A stretch of 63,922 bases of DNA, counting the filler, from Perkinsus chesapeaki ATCC PRA-425 (Eukaryota; Protista; Perkinsozoa), in assembly GCA_013115145.1 (NCBI GenBank). It is 20 parts of 20 records of this genome, joined end to end, with 100 filler letters (N's around TTAATTAATTAA, not from the genome) between each part and the next. Parts side by side here need not be neighbours in the genome. Positions count along the whole stretch, not along the records: positions 12,486 to 18,668 come from JAAPAO010001107.1; positions 18,769 to 21,420 come from JAAPAO010001551.1; positions 21,521 to 24,459 come from JAAPAO010001491.1; 17 more parts are not named here. The stretch is one strand, 5' to 3'. This document shows, in pieces, positions 12,994 to 23,470 of this stretch. A model generated the notes under the pieces. That model had not been told where the DNA came from. It ran no database searches and was given only the letters and a program-made list of their open reading frames with translations. Both the position numbers and the translations under genes were made by a program. Within the stretch, counting starts at the first letter, position 1, and each line of letters starts with the position of its first letter.

Positions 12994-13074
12994 AAATCAG
13001 CTGGTCAGTTAGCTCGTTCACAGAGTCCAAGGATTCCTTGGACTCTGTAAACGAGCTAACTGACCAGCTGATTT
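12994..13074. repeat. Near-perfect 39-40-bp inverted repeat (hairpin)
   Basis: aaatcagctggtcagttagctcgttcacagagtccaagg-att-ccttggactctgtaaacgagctaactgaccagctgattt, with one mismatch. Confidence 0.97.
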
Positions 13075-13241
13075 ATTATGTTCTCAAGTCGACCGATATT
13101 GCCTCACATGGGAGGCTTCATCACTGTCCGTATTTCCTCGTGATGACTTGCGCAACAACAATAATACTAATAAGCCAACAAGACTCTCAATAATAGGCCA
13201 CTGGCATGGTAGAGAGTGCCAAAAACACCCCTCAAATAAAA

Positions 13242-15129
13242 CTATCTCGAGGACTTTCGGCCCCAAATGGGCGTCGGTTCTGAGCTTGTTGAACTTCGCC
13301 TCATCGAGACACTCCCCGAGGCGCGGCGACCACTCCAACGGCGACCCTGTTCTTGCACGGACGAGCTCATACCAATCCCCAGTGCCTGACATGGTAGAAT
13401 CTAGGCAGGCGCTGAGAAGCGTTAGAATCACCTTTTTTGCACCGGCTTGTGCACGAAAGCCCTTCTTGGCCAGCTGGGCCTCGGCATCATCACTCAGAGA
13501 GGAGTCGCTGGACCAGAATCCTCCAACCTGGAAGAAGACTGCATGAGGCGGACTCGGTCGAAGCTGACGTCTTTACCCCAGTCACTTCCTCCAAGTCGTG
13601 CTTCATTATGTGAATAACTCGTTGGCCCTGTGGCCCTGAAGCAAACAAGTCCAAGTAACATGTGGATGACCCTTACCTTCAACAGGTCCATGCTTGGGGT
13701 GCAACCTTCCAGTCGGCGCTACCTCACCAACGGTGCCTGAAGGTAGTGAGGCGTTCTACGGGAAGCCCGGATGATGTCACCTTCTGCCGCCTCAGGCGAA
13801 CCTTCCTCGACACCCGTTGCTTCTTTCCGCTCCACACTTACCTAATAGAAAGAAAATGCGTAAATATAACAGAACTTCTGTTATATTTACGCATTTTCTG
13901 TTACAGAAGGAGCTCCCTTCGCTTACCTGTTCGGCGGCCTCCTGCCTTTCAGGCCCACCCGACTCTCTCGCGGCGAACCCTCTGTCTTTCGTTCGAGACA
14001 CTCGAGCAACAGCTCTACCCACTTCCACAGTCACTGACGGGCCAGAATTGACCACTGCCGCCTGACAAGACTAATGAATTACGAGTCATGCAGGTTCCTA
14101 CTGTAGAAGAATAGCTTCTCGCTGAGGGGCTCTGGTCGGCCGACTGAGCCTGGATACAATAACATGGCATCAAAAGGCGGAACTCCACCGCACCCTACCT
14201 GTGTCGAAGGTGTGACATGACCACGACGGATGGGTGTGTCAATAACCTAACAGGACACCGTTTCCCGGCACAGCAACCACATGCATCCCAACTCACCGGT
14301 GGTGGTTGAGCTTCTGGATATCTGTATACATGCGGCCAAACAGGACCTTTCCGGTCGCTGTGCTCTTCATTATGTTGATAGGTGCCGAACAAGTCCCGGT
14401 ATTGAGTGTGGATATAACAGGGATTATACATGTCAGCCCGGACAACGCCAATTGCCTCTCTGTGATACTCAGCATGAACCACCTGCTCCGGGGCTCCCAC
14501 AGTAGCAGGAGCTTTGTGATGACCGAACACAGCCTTAGCAGCCGGAAGGACTCCAGCCTTCCGGAACCCAATCGGCCCTGACGCCTTGGGCGCTGGAGGA
14601 GCAGGAGTGGCCCCTACTCGGCGGAATCCTCCTGGTGCGGCGTGCTTGGGAGCGGCGTTGTCGGCAGGAAGTTGGTGCTGCTCTATGTTACGTATTTCGC
14701 TAACAACAGCGGAAGCCCGCTTGAAACCAACCGGCCCCGGTGCTGGGCTCCGCTGGACAACCTCGACATGATGTTCCTCGTGTACTTTACGGAATCCAAC
14801 AGGAGCACTTCTCTGTGGACTTGCCAATTGATGTGAAGGAGCGTGGGCCACTGCCGGACNNNNNNNNNNNNNNNNNNNNNNNNNNNNNNNNNNNNNNNNN
14901 NNNNNNNNNNNNNNNNNNNNNNNNNNNNNNNNNNNNNNNNNNNNNNNNNNNNNNNGGACTAGGCAATTGATGTGACGGAGCGTGGGCCACTGCCGGACTA
15001 GGCAATTGATGTGACGGAGCGTGGGCCACTGCCGGACTAGGCAATTGATGTGACGGAGCGTGGGCCACTACCGGTGGAGTTGGCGCTCGGTGGGGTATAG
15101 GGGTATCGTTTATATGTGTTGGAGTGCAC
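13242..15129 (-). CDS. Multi-exon Pro/His/Ala-rich repeat protein; 5' part may extend to 17081
   Basis: Phase-consistent GT-AG exon chain: (VAHAPSHQLPSPA)n...PPP | VIDTPIRRGHVTPSTQ | AQSADQSPSARSYSST | AAVVNSG...EAAEQ | VSVERKEATGVEEGSPEAAE | GTVGEVAP...PVE | GPQGQRV...EVTG | VGGFWSS...GAKK | last exon. The frame of the last exon is uncertain. Confidence 0.65.
14815..15070 (-). repeat. Coding 39-nt tandem repeat (13 aa, VAHAPSHQLPSPA), spanning an assembly gap
   Basis: ggactaggcaattgatgtgacggagcgtgggccactgcc is repeated head-to-tail; only one minus frame is open. Confidence 0.92.
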
Positions 15130-16715
15130 CTAACATAATGTCGTAAGGCAATAGTATGATGTTCAATGCAGTAGGCGACATCCTGGTAAAAGGCGTCTCA
15201 CACTCCAATAGAACAGCGTAGCTGAAGATTCTCACAAGTACGTCATACGGGCATCAAGAATCTTGACCCACGGTGTAGTTAAATTATCTAGCTTAATCGT
15301 TGTAACAACGTTTTATTGGTGCGCAATACGTTTTAAACCTCACGATCATAATTAACCGAAACGAATGCCTATCTAGATTCTTCTGTTCATCGCCGCGCAC
15401 TTGCTCGGCTCAAAGGCTTCTGAGCTGTTGAGTATATCTATTCCACGCAATGCAACAACACCTGTTCGTTAAGCGATGATGACGCGAATTGGCCGTCTAC
15501 AACCCAAAGCTGTGACCGTCTACTTTAAGATGATCGCGAGTGATAAGGAGCAATTTATTTCGATAAGCAGTGCTAACCTCGGCCTGATTGCGTCTATGCA
15601 AGTATTGCAGTCAAGCGCCGCGTTAAAGCATGTTGCCCCGATGTCCTTACATTTTAAGTAGGCTTCGAACATCGTACTCAGGATGTGCCTCCCCCTGCTC
15701 CATGGCTTTTGTAATAGCTTCCATTGCAGCTTTCTCGTCTAGATCCGGAGCCTAATAATAAACATCATCTGCCGCATATCCCGATCAGATAACTAACTGA
15801 AAAGTGGACGTGTCGCTTAGGCGGTCCCCCCGCTGGATCTGGCTCCTCCACGACTCTCACATGGACCTGAACGTCGTCGGTAGTAGGTAGAATTTCTTCT
15901 ATCTAAAATATTCACCTTGCGTTTCATAACAACACCGAACCCGTTCTCTATTGCTGTCCTGATGTTGGAACCTGGTAGCAAGTGCTTCAACCATATGTCC
16001 GCGTAGGCTACTTTTGGCCGCCTCCTCGTCGATCACTTTGAGCGCTGCTCGCAGCACAGGCGCTTCGGGTGATGAGTCTGGTGATTTATACCGAGCTTGA
16101 ACGCCCTATCACGGCAAGTTCCCAGCTACGTTACGCGTGGCATTTGCTCACCGTCTTTGGCGTCTGTTCCTGTCCAGAGCATCTACGAACCGCCGACTGA
16201 TACCTACAGCCACTGGTGGTACGCACACACACTTCACACAACTTACAGTGTTTCCACTTTGGGGTCGATGCCTCGACAGCTTCGAAGGGTACTGGCAACA
16301 AAATTATGAAAGACGCTGGTATCAAATGACGGGGCGAAGCATCTAAGGAGGCGTAATAATCGAGCTGGTCACGGATGAACTTGGCCTCACTTGTAAGCAC
16401 AGATCGCGAGGATCGCCTCCGCCAATTTCTCCGAGTCGCTGGCTCGCATATCCGGGGCAACAGCGGTTCGCTGAAGGTCCCTCAGTTGAATCTCATTACG
16501 TTCCAATGTTTCAAACTCCTTCGCCAGTGCTCCCTCCATAGCGCAACTGCAGTACGAATCACACACAAGGCAGATCGCAAAGGCGATTCCATTACACTTC
16601 TCTTTCGAGGGTTTCTACGCGAAGCATCTCCCTGGCAATCCATTCAGTGTAGAGTCCCGTGTCACGTTCCGCCCTCATAGGCGAAGGCGACGCTGGCAGT
16701 AGGAAGCGTCGAATT

Positions 16716-17081
16716 TTACTCCTTGGTAGACCTCTCACCTCCTCTCACAATCCGCCTTTCACGCCGCGTTCTCCGTCTCCGGTTCTCGGGCGTTACTGAC
16801 CGAGATCGGGATCCACCTGACAGAGACTCATCAGGCAAGTGTAAGCCAGAGGCGCGATGACCTCTCGACGGTGGTAAGGGCGTCCGTCTATCCGGACATA
16901 AATGGTTCCGAATGAAATCGCTCGGACCAAATATACGCGGCGGAGGAGGCGGAGTCTTTGGAGCTGAAATGAAGCCGCAGCTACGAACCGAGTGCTTCGG
17001 ACGGGAAACATTACGCGGAGGATCAGGAAGAATTGTCCGGGCATCGTGCGCCAATGGTCTTGGTTGAGGAGACTTGGCCAT
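16716..17081 (-). CDS. First exon of a Pro/Arg/Ser-rich hypothetical gene
   Basis: ATG at 17081 and a donor-like GTAAAA at the ORF end. Further open exonic stretches lie at about 16350-16560. Confidence 0.45.
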   Translation of the reverse strand: MAKSPQPRPLAHDARTILPDPPRNVSRPKHSVRSCGFISAPKTPPPPPRIFGPSDFIRNHLCPDRRTPLPPSRGHRASGLHLPDESLSGGSRSRSVTPENRRRRTRRERRIVRGGERSTKE

Positions 17082-17148
17082 CGCAGTAGCAGGCCTACCA
17101 AGGGGGGGGGGTTCGGAAGAACATCCATTAATTCATAGGGAAACAAAA

Positions 17149-17221
17149 CACCCACCGTGGGGCTCGAACCCACGACCACAAGGTTAAGAGCCTTGCGCTC
17201 TACCGACTGAGCTAGACGGGC
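17149..17221 (-). tRNA. trnK-CTT: tRNA-Lys(CTT)
   Basis: GCCCGTCTAGCTCAGTCGGTAGAGCGCAAGGCTCTTAACCTTGTGGTCGTGGGTTCGAGCCCCACGGTGGGTG: 73 nt, anticodon arm CAAGG-CTCTTAA-CCTTG, GTTCGA T-loop, followed by a TTTT Pol III terminator. Confidence 0.97.
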
Positions 17222-18025
17222 TCGAAATTCGAAAACTGTACGATGCTTTTTATTGCACTTTCCATCTCGCACGTCACGGAGGCGCAACCTGCTGGCGCAG
17301 GTGAGCCAACTCGCTTACCTCGTTCGAGTCGGTGACCTCCCTTGTCGTTGAGGACTCTGCGGAACCTGGAAACAGAATGCGGCAGTGAAGTCAGCGCGGA
17401 ATCGATCGAAGTGAAAAATATGCAGCTCGTCAATCGTCTTACAAAATCCAGTCTATTCCAATAATGGATATCGGTATTCCTCGTTGGTGTTGGCGACACT
17501 TTAGTTTCTAAAACAGAAAAGAACAAGTGTTACATCCATAACAGTCAAGACTTCTTCAATCAGTTTATACATGTCGGGGGCTTCATTTGCAGTGCCGGAA
17601 GTTCTGGCACTGCGAACGCGCGGGCCTCTCGGCTGCTCACCTGGTTCTTTATACATTCGAGGAGGGGTTCGAATATCGCGCTGACGAGGCGGCACCGGGC
17701 CACTAGCCAACGGCATTTTAATTATAACGGCAAAAACTGTTGCAGCGTTCCGTTCCTTAACACTTTACCAGGCAGTTGTTAAACACAGAGCGAAGCGATC
17801 AATCAGAAACGCGTTGCACCGCCAGCATGACTTAGTCGAAATAGTTGAGACCTCTTTCAAGATTCATCCTTCATATCCCATCGGTATCGGGGAGTTATAC
17901 AGGACCCATAAGGAAAGCATTTAACCTTTGCTATTTATTGTTCTTCGGATAAGTAAAACCTTTTGATCCCCGAGGAACACAGCACGAGTCTGGATGACCT
18001 CCCCGAGTTATGTATGTGGATTGCG

Positions 18026-18583
18026 CTACAAGCATGACGGGTTGAAGCCCTCTGCTGCCGTGCAGGAGGGATTTCTGTTGCGCGGTCCTATTACAACCCA
18101 AGTAATGTTGTTGATTAAAGCTGGTGACTGATGGCCCGAGCTGCCGGCAAGTCCTGAGACTATGAGACATGATGGATGGAGTTTCATTGAACTGTCGCTT
18201 GCCAAGCGACGCTTGGAGATGAGCAGTCGAGTTTTAGCGAGCATTTCCGAGTTCAGCGCTACTGAGATGACGGTGCAAGGAGGTACTGCGCGAAATGCCC
18301 CGAGCTGATCCTTTCCCAGTTTTGTTGCTTCTTCGCACTTATATGAGAGGGCAACCTGGCTATAACCACACAACATGACATGGCATATATTTGTGATAAA
18401 ATCGAAAGGGATAAATGGGCTAACTGCGATAAAGTGCTTGGCACTGCCGACTACACAGTACTCCGAATAGATACGAAGTCCGTAAATGAGGGCCTCTAAT
18501 ACGAGAAAATAATCATAATTGAACCGATAAAAAAAGCACAGACCGTCCATGACGGACGTACGAACGTCATACAGGCACTCCAT
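18026..18583 (-). CDS. Hypothetical protein, probably multi-exon
   Basis: 185-codon open frame with internal intron-like segments. No family recognised. Confidence 0.3.
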   Translation of the reverse strand: MECLYDVRTSVMDGLCFFYRFNYDYFLVLEALIYGLRIYSEYCVVGSAKHFIAVSPFIPFDFITNICHVMLCGYSQVALSYKCEEATKLGKDQLGAFRAVPPCTVISVALNSEMLAKTRLLISKRRLASDSSMKLHPSCLIVSGLAGSSGHQSPALINNITWVVIGPRNRNPSCTAAEGFNPSCL

Positions 18584-19060
18584 AGGTGACCTCTTTCTCT
18601 ATCTTGCACTGACCAATAGCTATTCTGATCAGTCCTGATTCACCCCATCCTTCATTCCAGCTATTAACNNNNNNNNNNNNNNNNNNNNNNNNNNNNNNNN
18701 NNNNNNNNNNNNTTAATTAATTAANNNNNNNNNNNNNNNNNNNNNNNNNNNNNNNNNNNNNNNNNNNNTACATGGACGAAACAAATGTGTATGAAACGAG
18801 CACAATCACAGTGGACGAAACGATCCTGGATAAACTGCGATCTGGGCGAAACAATTCTGGACGGAAGTTCCGTCACGGAACATGCCATGGACGAAACAAT
18901 AATGGAGGAATGGCGGTACACCCCTCCTATTCAGATCATCGGCAGTTCGAATACCAAAAATACGTTCACTATTATGATAATAGTATTATCTCGTATCCAT
19001 AAGCTCGGTACACTTCGGTACACGGGTCGCCATTGTTGCTAGCATAACACAAGAATTGAA

Positions 19061-19082
19061 CTTGAGCCAAGTTGGCTACGTT
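19061..19082 (-). other. Spliced-leader-like 22-mer (SL relic or SL RNA pseudogene)
   Basis: The minus strand reads AACGTAGCCAACTTGGCTCAAG, 20/22 identical to the Perkinsus SL ACCGTAGCCATCTTGGCTCAAG (quoted from memory). It is followed by TT rather than GT. Confidence 0.7.
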
Positions 19083-19108
19083 AATCTCTCCTCTCCCCTT
19101 CACGACTA

Positions 19109-21420
19109 TGTCTCGAGCGCTGCACACATGCAACGCGCTCTAAGGCTGTAAGCGGAACTCGTGAAGCGCTTCGCTCCGCTGAGTCCGACTTATATTCTTT
19201 GTGCCAGCTTGTCCCATTTAGGCCTTCTTATATCGAATCTTTCTCACATATCTTTAGCTGAGCTACGTAAGCTTAGTACGCTATAGCATATACGTCAAAG
19301 TAGACATAAGTATAGTTGCTTAATAGTTACTTCATAGTTATTCATAGTTCTTTTTAGAGTCCTAAGTGTAGGTTCTCTAGTTCTAAGTATTGGTTAAGTT
19401 CCTTTGTTGGTTGCATTACTAACTAAGGCCTTATCTGGTATTATTTAAGAAGTTATTGAGTTATATCAGTTGGCGCGTGATTGGTTCACACACCCAAACT
19501 CCTTTTTATAAGGCTTATTAATATATTCTTGTGGTTGGTTGTACCGAGACCGTCCACATAATTGGTAGCAGCTCCTTGTTGGCCATAGATCTTTGTTTGG
19601 TCAACTATCTTTGTGAACGTTAACAATTACGATGCCTACTGATTCTGGTCCATCTACTCCGACCCCTTCCTCAAGTTCGCCCAAGAAGTTCGACTTAGAT
19701 GTAGTTCGACGACAAGCCGAGGGCGATGCGGATGCAGCCGGGTTAGAAGGTTCTGCTAAAGATTTGATTGTTAACCAAGCAGTTGGCAATGCTCAGAACT
19801 ATAACTCTCTGTTGGACCTTATTACTACTGGTTTGGTGTCCAGCTCCAGTGCTGGGAGCTATGGAGATGTTAGGCCTTCCTTGCAGCTTCAAGATGCTCT
19901 AGTGTCTATCAAGATGCCAGAAAGGTACAATGGTTCTACTGATCTACGCTCCTGGTTACGTAGATACGAGAATACTGCTAACGCTGCAGGTTGGGATTCT
20001 CGTACTAAGGCCGAAAGGCTCGGTATCTACCTTTCGGATGATTATTTTGAGAGTTGGGACGAGTACGCCACCAAGACGGACTTCCTGGAAGATTGCCGGA
20101 TCCTGCTCAACGTCTTGGCTAGGTGTCCGACCGATGCGACTTTGGAGAAGTTCCAGCAGCTTACCTGGAATGGCGAGACCAACTTGGCGGTATTCCTGGC
20201 CCGGGCTAAGCGTATTCTGAACGACTACAATAAGAATCTTCCTGAGGAACGTCGGCTGTCTAGATCTTCTATGAATGAGATAATCTTGGACAAGTTGATT
20301 GCTATGGTACCAGTTGCTGCTAAGGTTGAGCTACGTCGTCAACGTCCTAGTAAAATCGAGGACATGGTTAATCTTGTTGGTGATTATTCTCCTGAAGCCG
20401 GTGTTGCTAGTTCTTCGCTTGAACAGTTGGAGAAGCGATTGGACTCGAAGCTCCAGCAGGTTCTAGCTGCGGTGTCTGATATTTCAGCTGAGTTCAGAAA
20501 GAGTAATTCTGGCCCTCCTGGACAAGAAAACTAGTTATGGCTCATGCCTTTGTATATATTAGCGCTTGTTATTGTCTGGCGGATCGTGTTGCTCGCCAGA
20601 TAACGCGTGTATCGGTCCTACTGGTATGACAGGCCTTGTAATATAGTTTGCTCTCCCTGTGGTATGTCGGGAGTGGCTTGACTTATGGTGTGCCGAAGAG
20701 ATGCCTCTTCTGTGGTATCGAAACATTCACCCTAAGTTCTGTAGTATAGTATTTGAGTTGTTGAGCGTCGAGCTCATCAAACAATTGCGGGCCATGCGAT
20801 TTCGGCCCATTCTGTGAGAGAACTCGGTTATGATTGGAGGCCTTCCTCTTGCTTCATTTGGCCCTCTCCTATCTGAGAAGCTCTTCCCTTCTTCGACGAG
20901 AACAAGTATGCTTGGTGCTATTCTTCATGATACGACTAATCATGCAGAAGCCCTTGGTCCTCGAGATTTTAGTGATGTTTCCACGTTGGCCCTTTAAGAT
21001 GAAGAGTCGAGGAATCACTGTTTTGGTTTAGATATGATGGCCTTCGAGACTCTTGCTTGGGTATAGCTAGCCTCTCAATTACTCCTAGGCTCCTTTGAGA
21101 AGTTCTGGTGATCTCAAGACGACAAGAAGTTGAAGGAACCGCTCTGAACAAGCCTGTTTTCTTTATGAAGTTCATGGACAAGTTCGAAGTGTTTAGCAAT
21201 GTTGAGGCCTTACACTGGAGATATGTTGCTTCAAGTGGTGAGTGACCTTCAACCTGTATGCTGTGTGGCTGGCCTTCATTGGTTGGTCATGGTTTAAGGA
21301 AGTGTTAGGAACCCACGATGCCCTAGCCCTTCTGTGTTGAGATATTGCAAGCTCTACAAGAGTCCAAGATGTGTGCGACGCCATTACCCCTTTGTTTCGA
21401 GCTGGGATTCAGTTCCCTTA
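19109..21420 (+). mobile_element. 5' part of a degenerate Ty3/Gypsy-like LTR retrotransposon (putative LTR, PBS, gag, decayed downstream frames)
   Basis: TGT start at 19109, a T-rich U5-like region, PBS-like TGG motifs at 19471 and 19563, a gag ORF, then broken zinc-knuckle-like remnants (VCSPCGMSG, CLFCGIE). Confidence 0.7.
19632..20534 (+). CDS. gag: Retrotransposon Gag (capsid-like domain)
   Basis: PERYNGSTDLRSWLRRYENTANAAGWDSRTKAERLGIYL matches the P..f.G..d...Wl..fe..a....W gag motif. Confidence 0.85.
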   Translation: MPTDSGPSTPTPSSSSPKKFDLDVVRRQAEGDADAAGLEGSAKDLIVNQAVGNAQNYNSLLDLITTGLVSSSSAGSYGDVRPSLQLQDALVSIKMPERYNGSTDLRSWLRRYENTANAAGWDSRTKAERLGIYLSDDYFESWDEYATKTDFLEDCRILLNVLARCPTDATLEKFQQLTWNGETNLAVFLARAKRILNDYNKNLPEERRLSRSSMNEIILDKLIAMVPVAAKVELRRQRPSKIEDMVNLVGDYSPEAGVASSSLEQLEKRLDSKLQQVLAAVSDISAEFRKSNSGPPGQEN

Positions 21421-21520
21421 NNNNNNNNNNNNNNNNNNNNNNNNNNNNNNNNNNNNNNNNNNNNTTAATTAATTAANNNNNNNNNNNNNNNNNNNNNNNN
21501 NNNNNNNNNNNNNNNNNNNN

Positions 21521-21830
21521 CTACTGCAGCCTGGACCACCATTCAGCCAGAGAATTAATGGGTCTTGAGATGGATTAGAGCGAGACTCGAAGAACCAGAA
21601 GAATAACCTGACGGACAGGATGGTTCTTCATGCCGATAGCGCATCTCACTTCCTTCCATTACTAGCATCAAAATAACCATGCACTTGCCTAACATCAGGA
21701 TCACATAGCTCTTGGCCTCTTAGCAGCCTCTGAGGGTCAGTTGAGTCATCGTCGGCTTCCAAGGGAATTGACTGGTTTGCCTCGACTAAACAAAAGCAAA
21801 TGATCGAGTACGTGGGAGAAGATACGTGTT
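21521..21830 (-). CDS. Serine carboxypeptidase S10, N-terminal exons, 3'-truncated
   Basis: Spliced reading [49 protein letters not shown] is the diagnostic S10 motif. A hydrophobic N-terminus is present, but I found no in-frame ATG. Confidence 0.88.
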
Positions 21831-22329
21831 CAAGATTAGTCTGCTATAAATGCACGGTGAAAGGGAGGTCGCTTACTCTTGGGTGGGTAGAGAATCATGC
21901 GTCCGCTGCTTACGGTGGGCAGCGAGAGAAAAAACACAATGGAGTTGATGGTAAACATCATGTGCTCACTGCAGTGCCTGGGGCAGCAGCCGGCTGTTGC
22001 GCTCCGCACAGTGTGCGGCTCTGCGCCTGCTGTCTACCTCTTCCCCTCCTGTTTGTTTAAGACCTCGAGATAGCGAGTTTGGCATCAGGAATTCTAACGA
22101 CCGCGTTCAGTCGTAAGTGGTCCTTCTTTTGTTGTTATCTGCTTGTTGATGGCTCGTGCATTTGAGACCTTTCCGCGAGTAGGGCTCTTCGCCCACCGGC
22201 GCGACGCGCCGGTGAGCTTAAGCGATACGCTTGCGTGTATAAGAACACTCTGTAATCAGTCATAGTTCGGGTAGTTGTAGGTGCTGTGCCTGATATCTGA
22301 GCTCGCATTAGTCGTTATTTCTTCCATTT

Positions 22330-23470
22330 CCTAATGAGTCAGCAAAACATCCCCGAAGTGTTAGAGTTGTCACTGGGAAGACTCGGTCTAGAGCCAACTT
22401 GCTGCCATCAAAGAAGGTTACCTCAGAATACTGTCCTCTGCGAAAGATGCTTGAAGAAGATGTCGTTATCTATACCGAATAATTCTCAAACTATGATACA
22501 GAGGAGTCCGCATCATCATGATAATAAATGCCGCATATTGCTCAGTGGAGTGTGTGTGTGAGTTTATAGTCACACACAGTCGAATTCGTCAAGTGCGTGT
22601 GCGTGCAAAAGTGGGTGGGTTCCGACGGGCGCACAACTTGTGTGAGTCTCCAGATTGCCAGGAAGTGAACTTCAGTTAGTGTGAATCGAATTGACAGGCA
22701 TGTATATAATATATCAACAGTGTTACTGTATGTTTTATTGCGGAGAAAACGATAACTACGAATCTGCCTCTCTTCATCAGCACCCCGGCATTGCGTGCAA
22801 GCGACATGAGAGGCCCTAGCGCCACTGTCTTCAGATGTTACACCCTATATAGCATTGACTCCAGAGTTCTGTGTAACCTACGTGGTTTGCAGGTAGCCCG
22901 CTTCAGTTCAGATTTCGGCAGGAGTGTATTGAGTGGTCGTAACGCCACTCGGTAGGATTTCCGATCTACGAATACAGGGAATTCGAAACCGACGAGTTGT
23001 CGGCGACAACGACTTGGCACTTTGGTTCGGAGAAGCAGGGCTTGTACGAATAGGTTTGCGCCAACTCCGTGAGCTTGTCTTACAGTCTACTGCGGTGTAT
23101 ACGATGTGCGTTCATATGCGCCAAGTTTCAATTATTGAGTAGGCGGAGCGGCTCCTCTAAAGATGCTTTATGGAGTGCAGGAGTGTAAGAAAGTGGACCC
23201 ACGTTAAATGATGCCCTCGGTGGTGACTCTCCCCAGCCCTTCGGTAGGTTAGTTCGGCGTCGGCGCTATTACCAGGGACACTTCCAAGTTGGAAGTTCCA
23301 AGAAAGAGGCCGGTAATGCTACTGCAACCTGGACCGCCATCCAACCAGGAAATTAACGAGCCTTGGGATGGATTATTGGGATGCCATCAGATTCTGATGG
23401 ATAGAGCGGCCCTCCATGCCGATAGGGTACCTCGCGTTGTTTCATTATTAGCATGAAAACCATATGTTTT
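22330..23470 (-). pseudogene. Decayed serine carboxypeptidase S10 paralogue
   Basis: 23320-23460 aligns with 21521-21680 and reads NPSQGSLISWLDGGPGCSSITGLFL; downstream frames are broken. The 3' boundary is approximate. Confidence 0.65.

Noticed and set aside
14815-15070. CRISPR-like array from the 39-nt repeat
   Set aside because: The units are head-to-tail with no unique spacers, are protein-coding, and lie in a eukaryotic intron-containing gene.
17149-17160. The local tRNA-Lys as primer for the TGGCGCG PBS motifs
   Set aside because: Its 3' end would need TGGC(A/G)CCCACC; the motifs diverge after the first few bases.
22194-22214. GC-rich 9-bp hairpin caccggcgc-gac-gcgccggtg as a terminator
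   Set aside because: Eukaryotic context, no U-tract, and too short to interpret alone.
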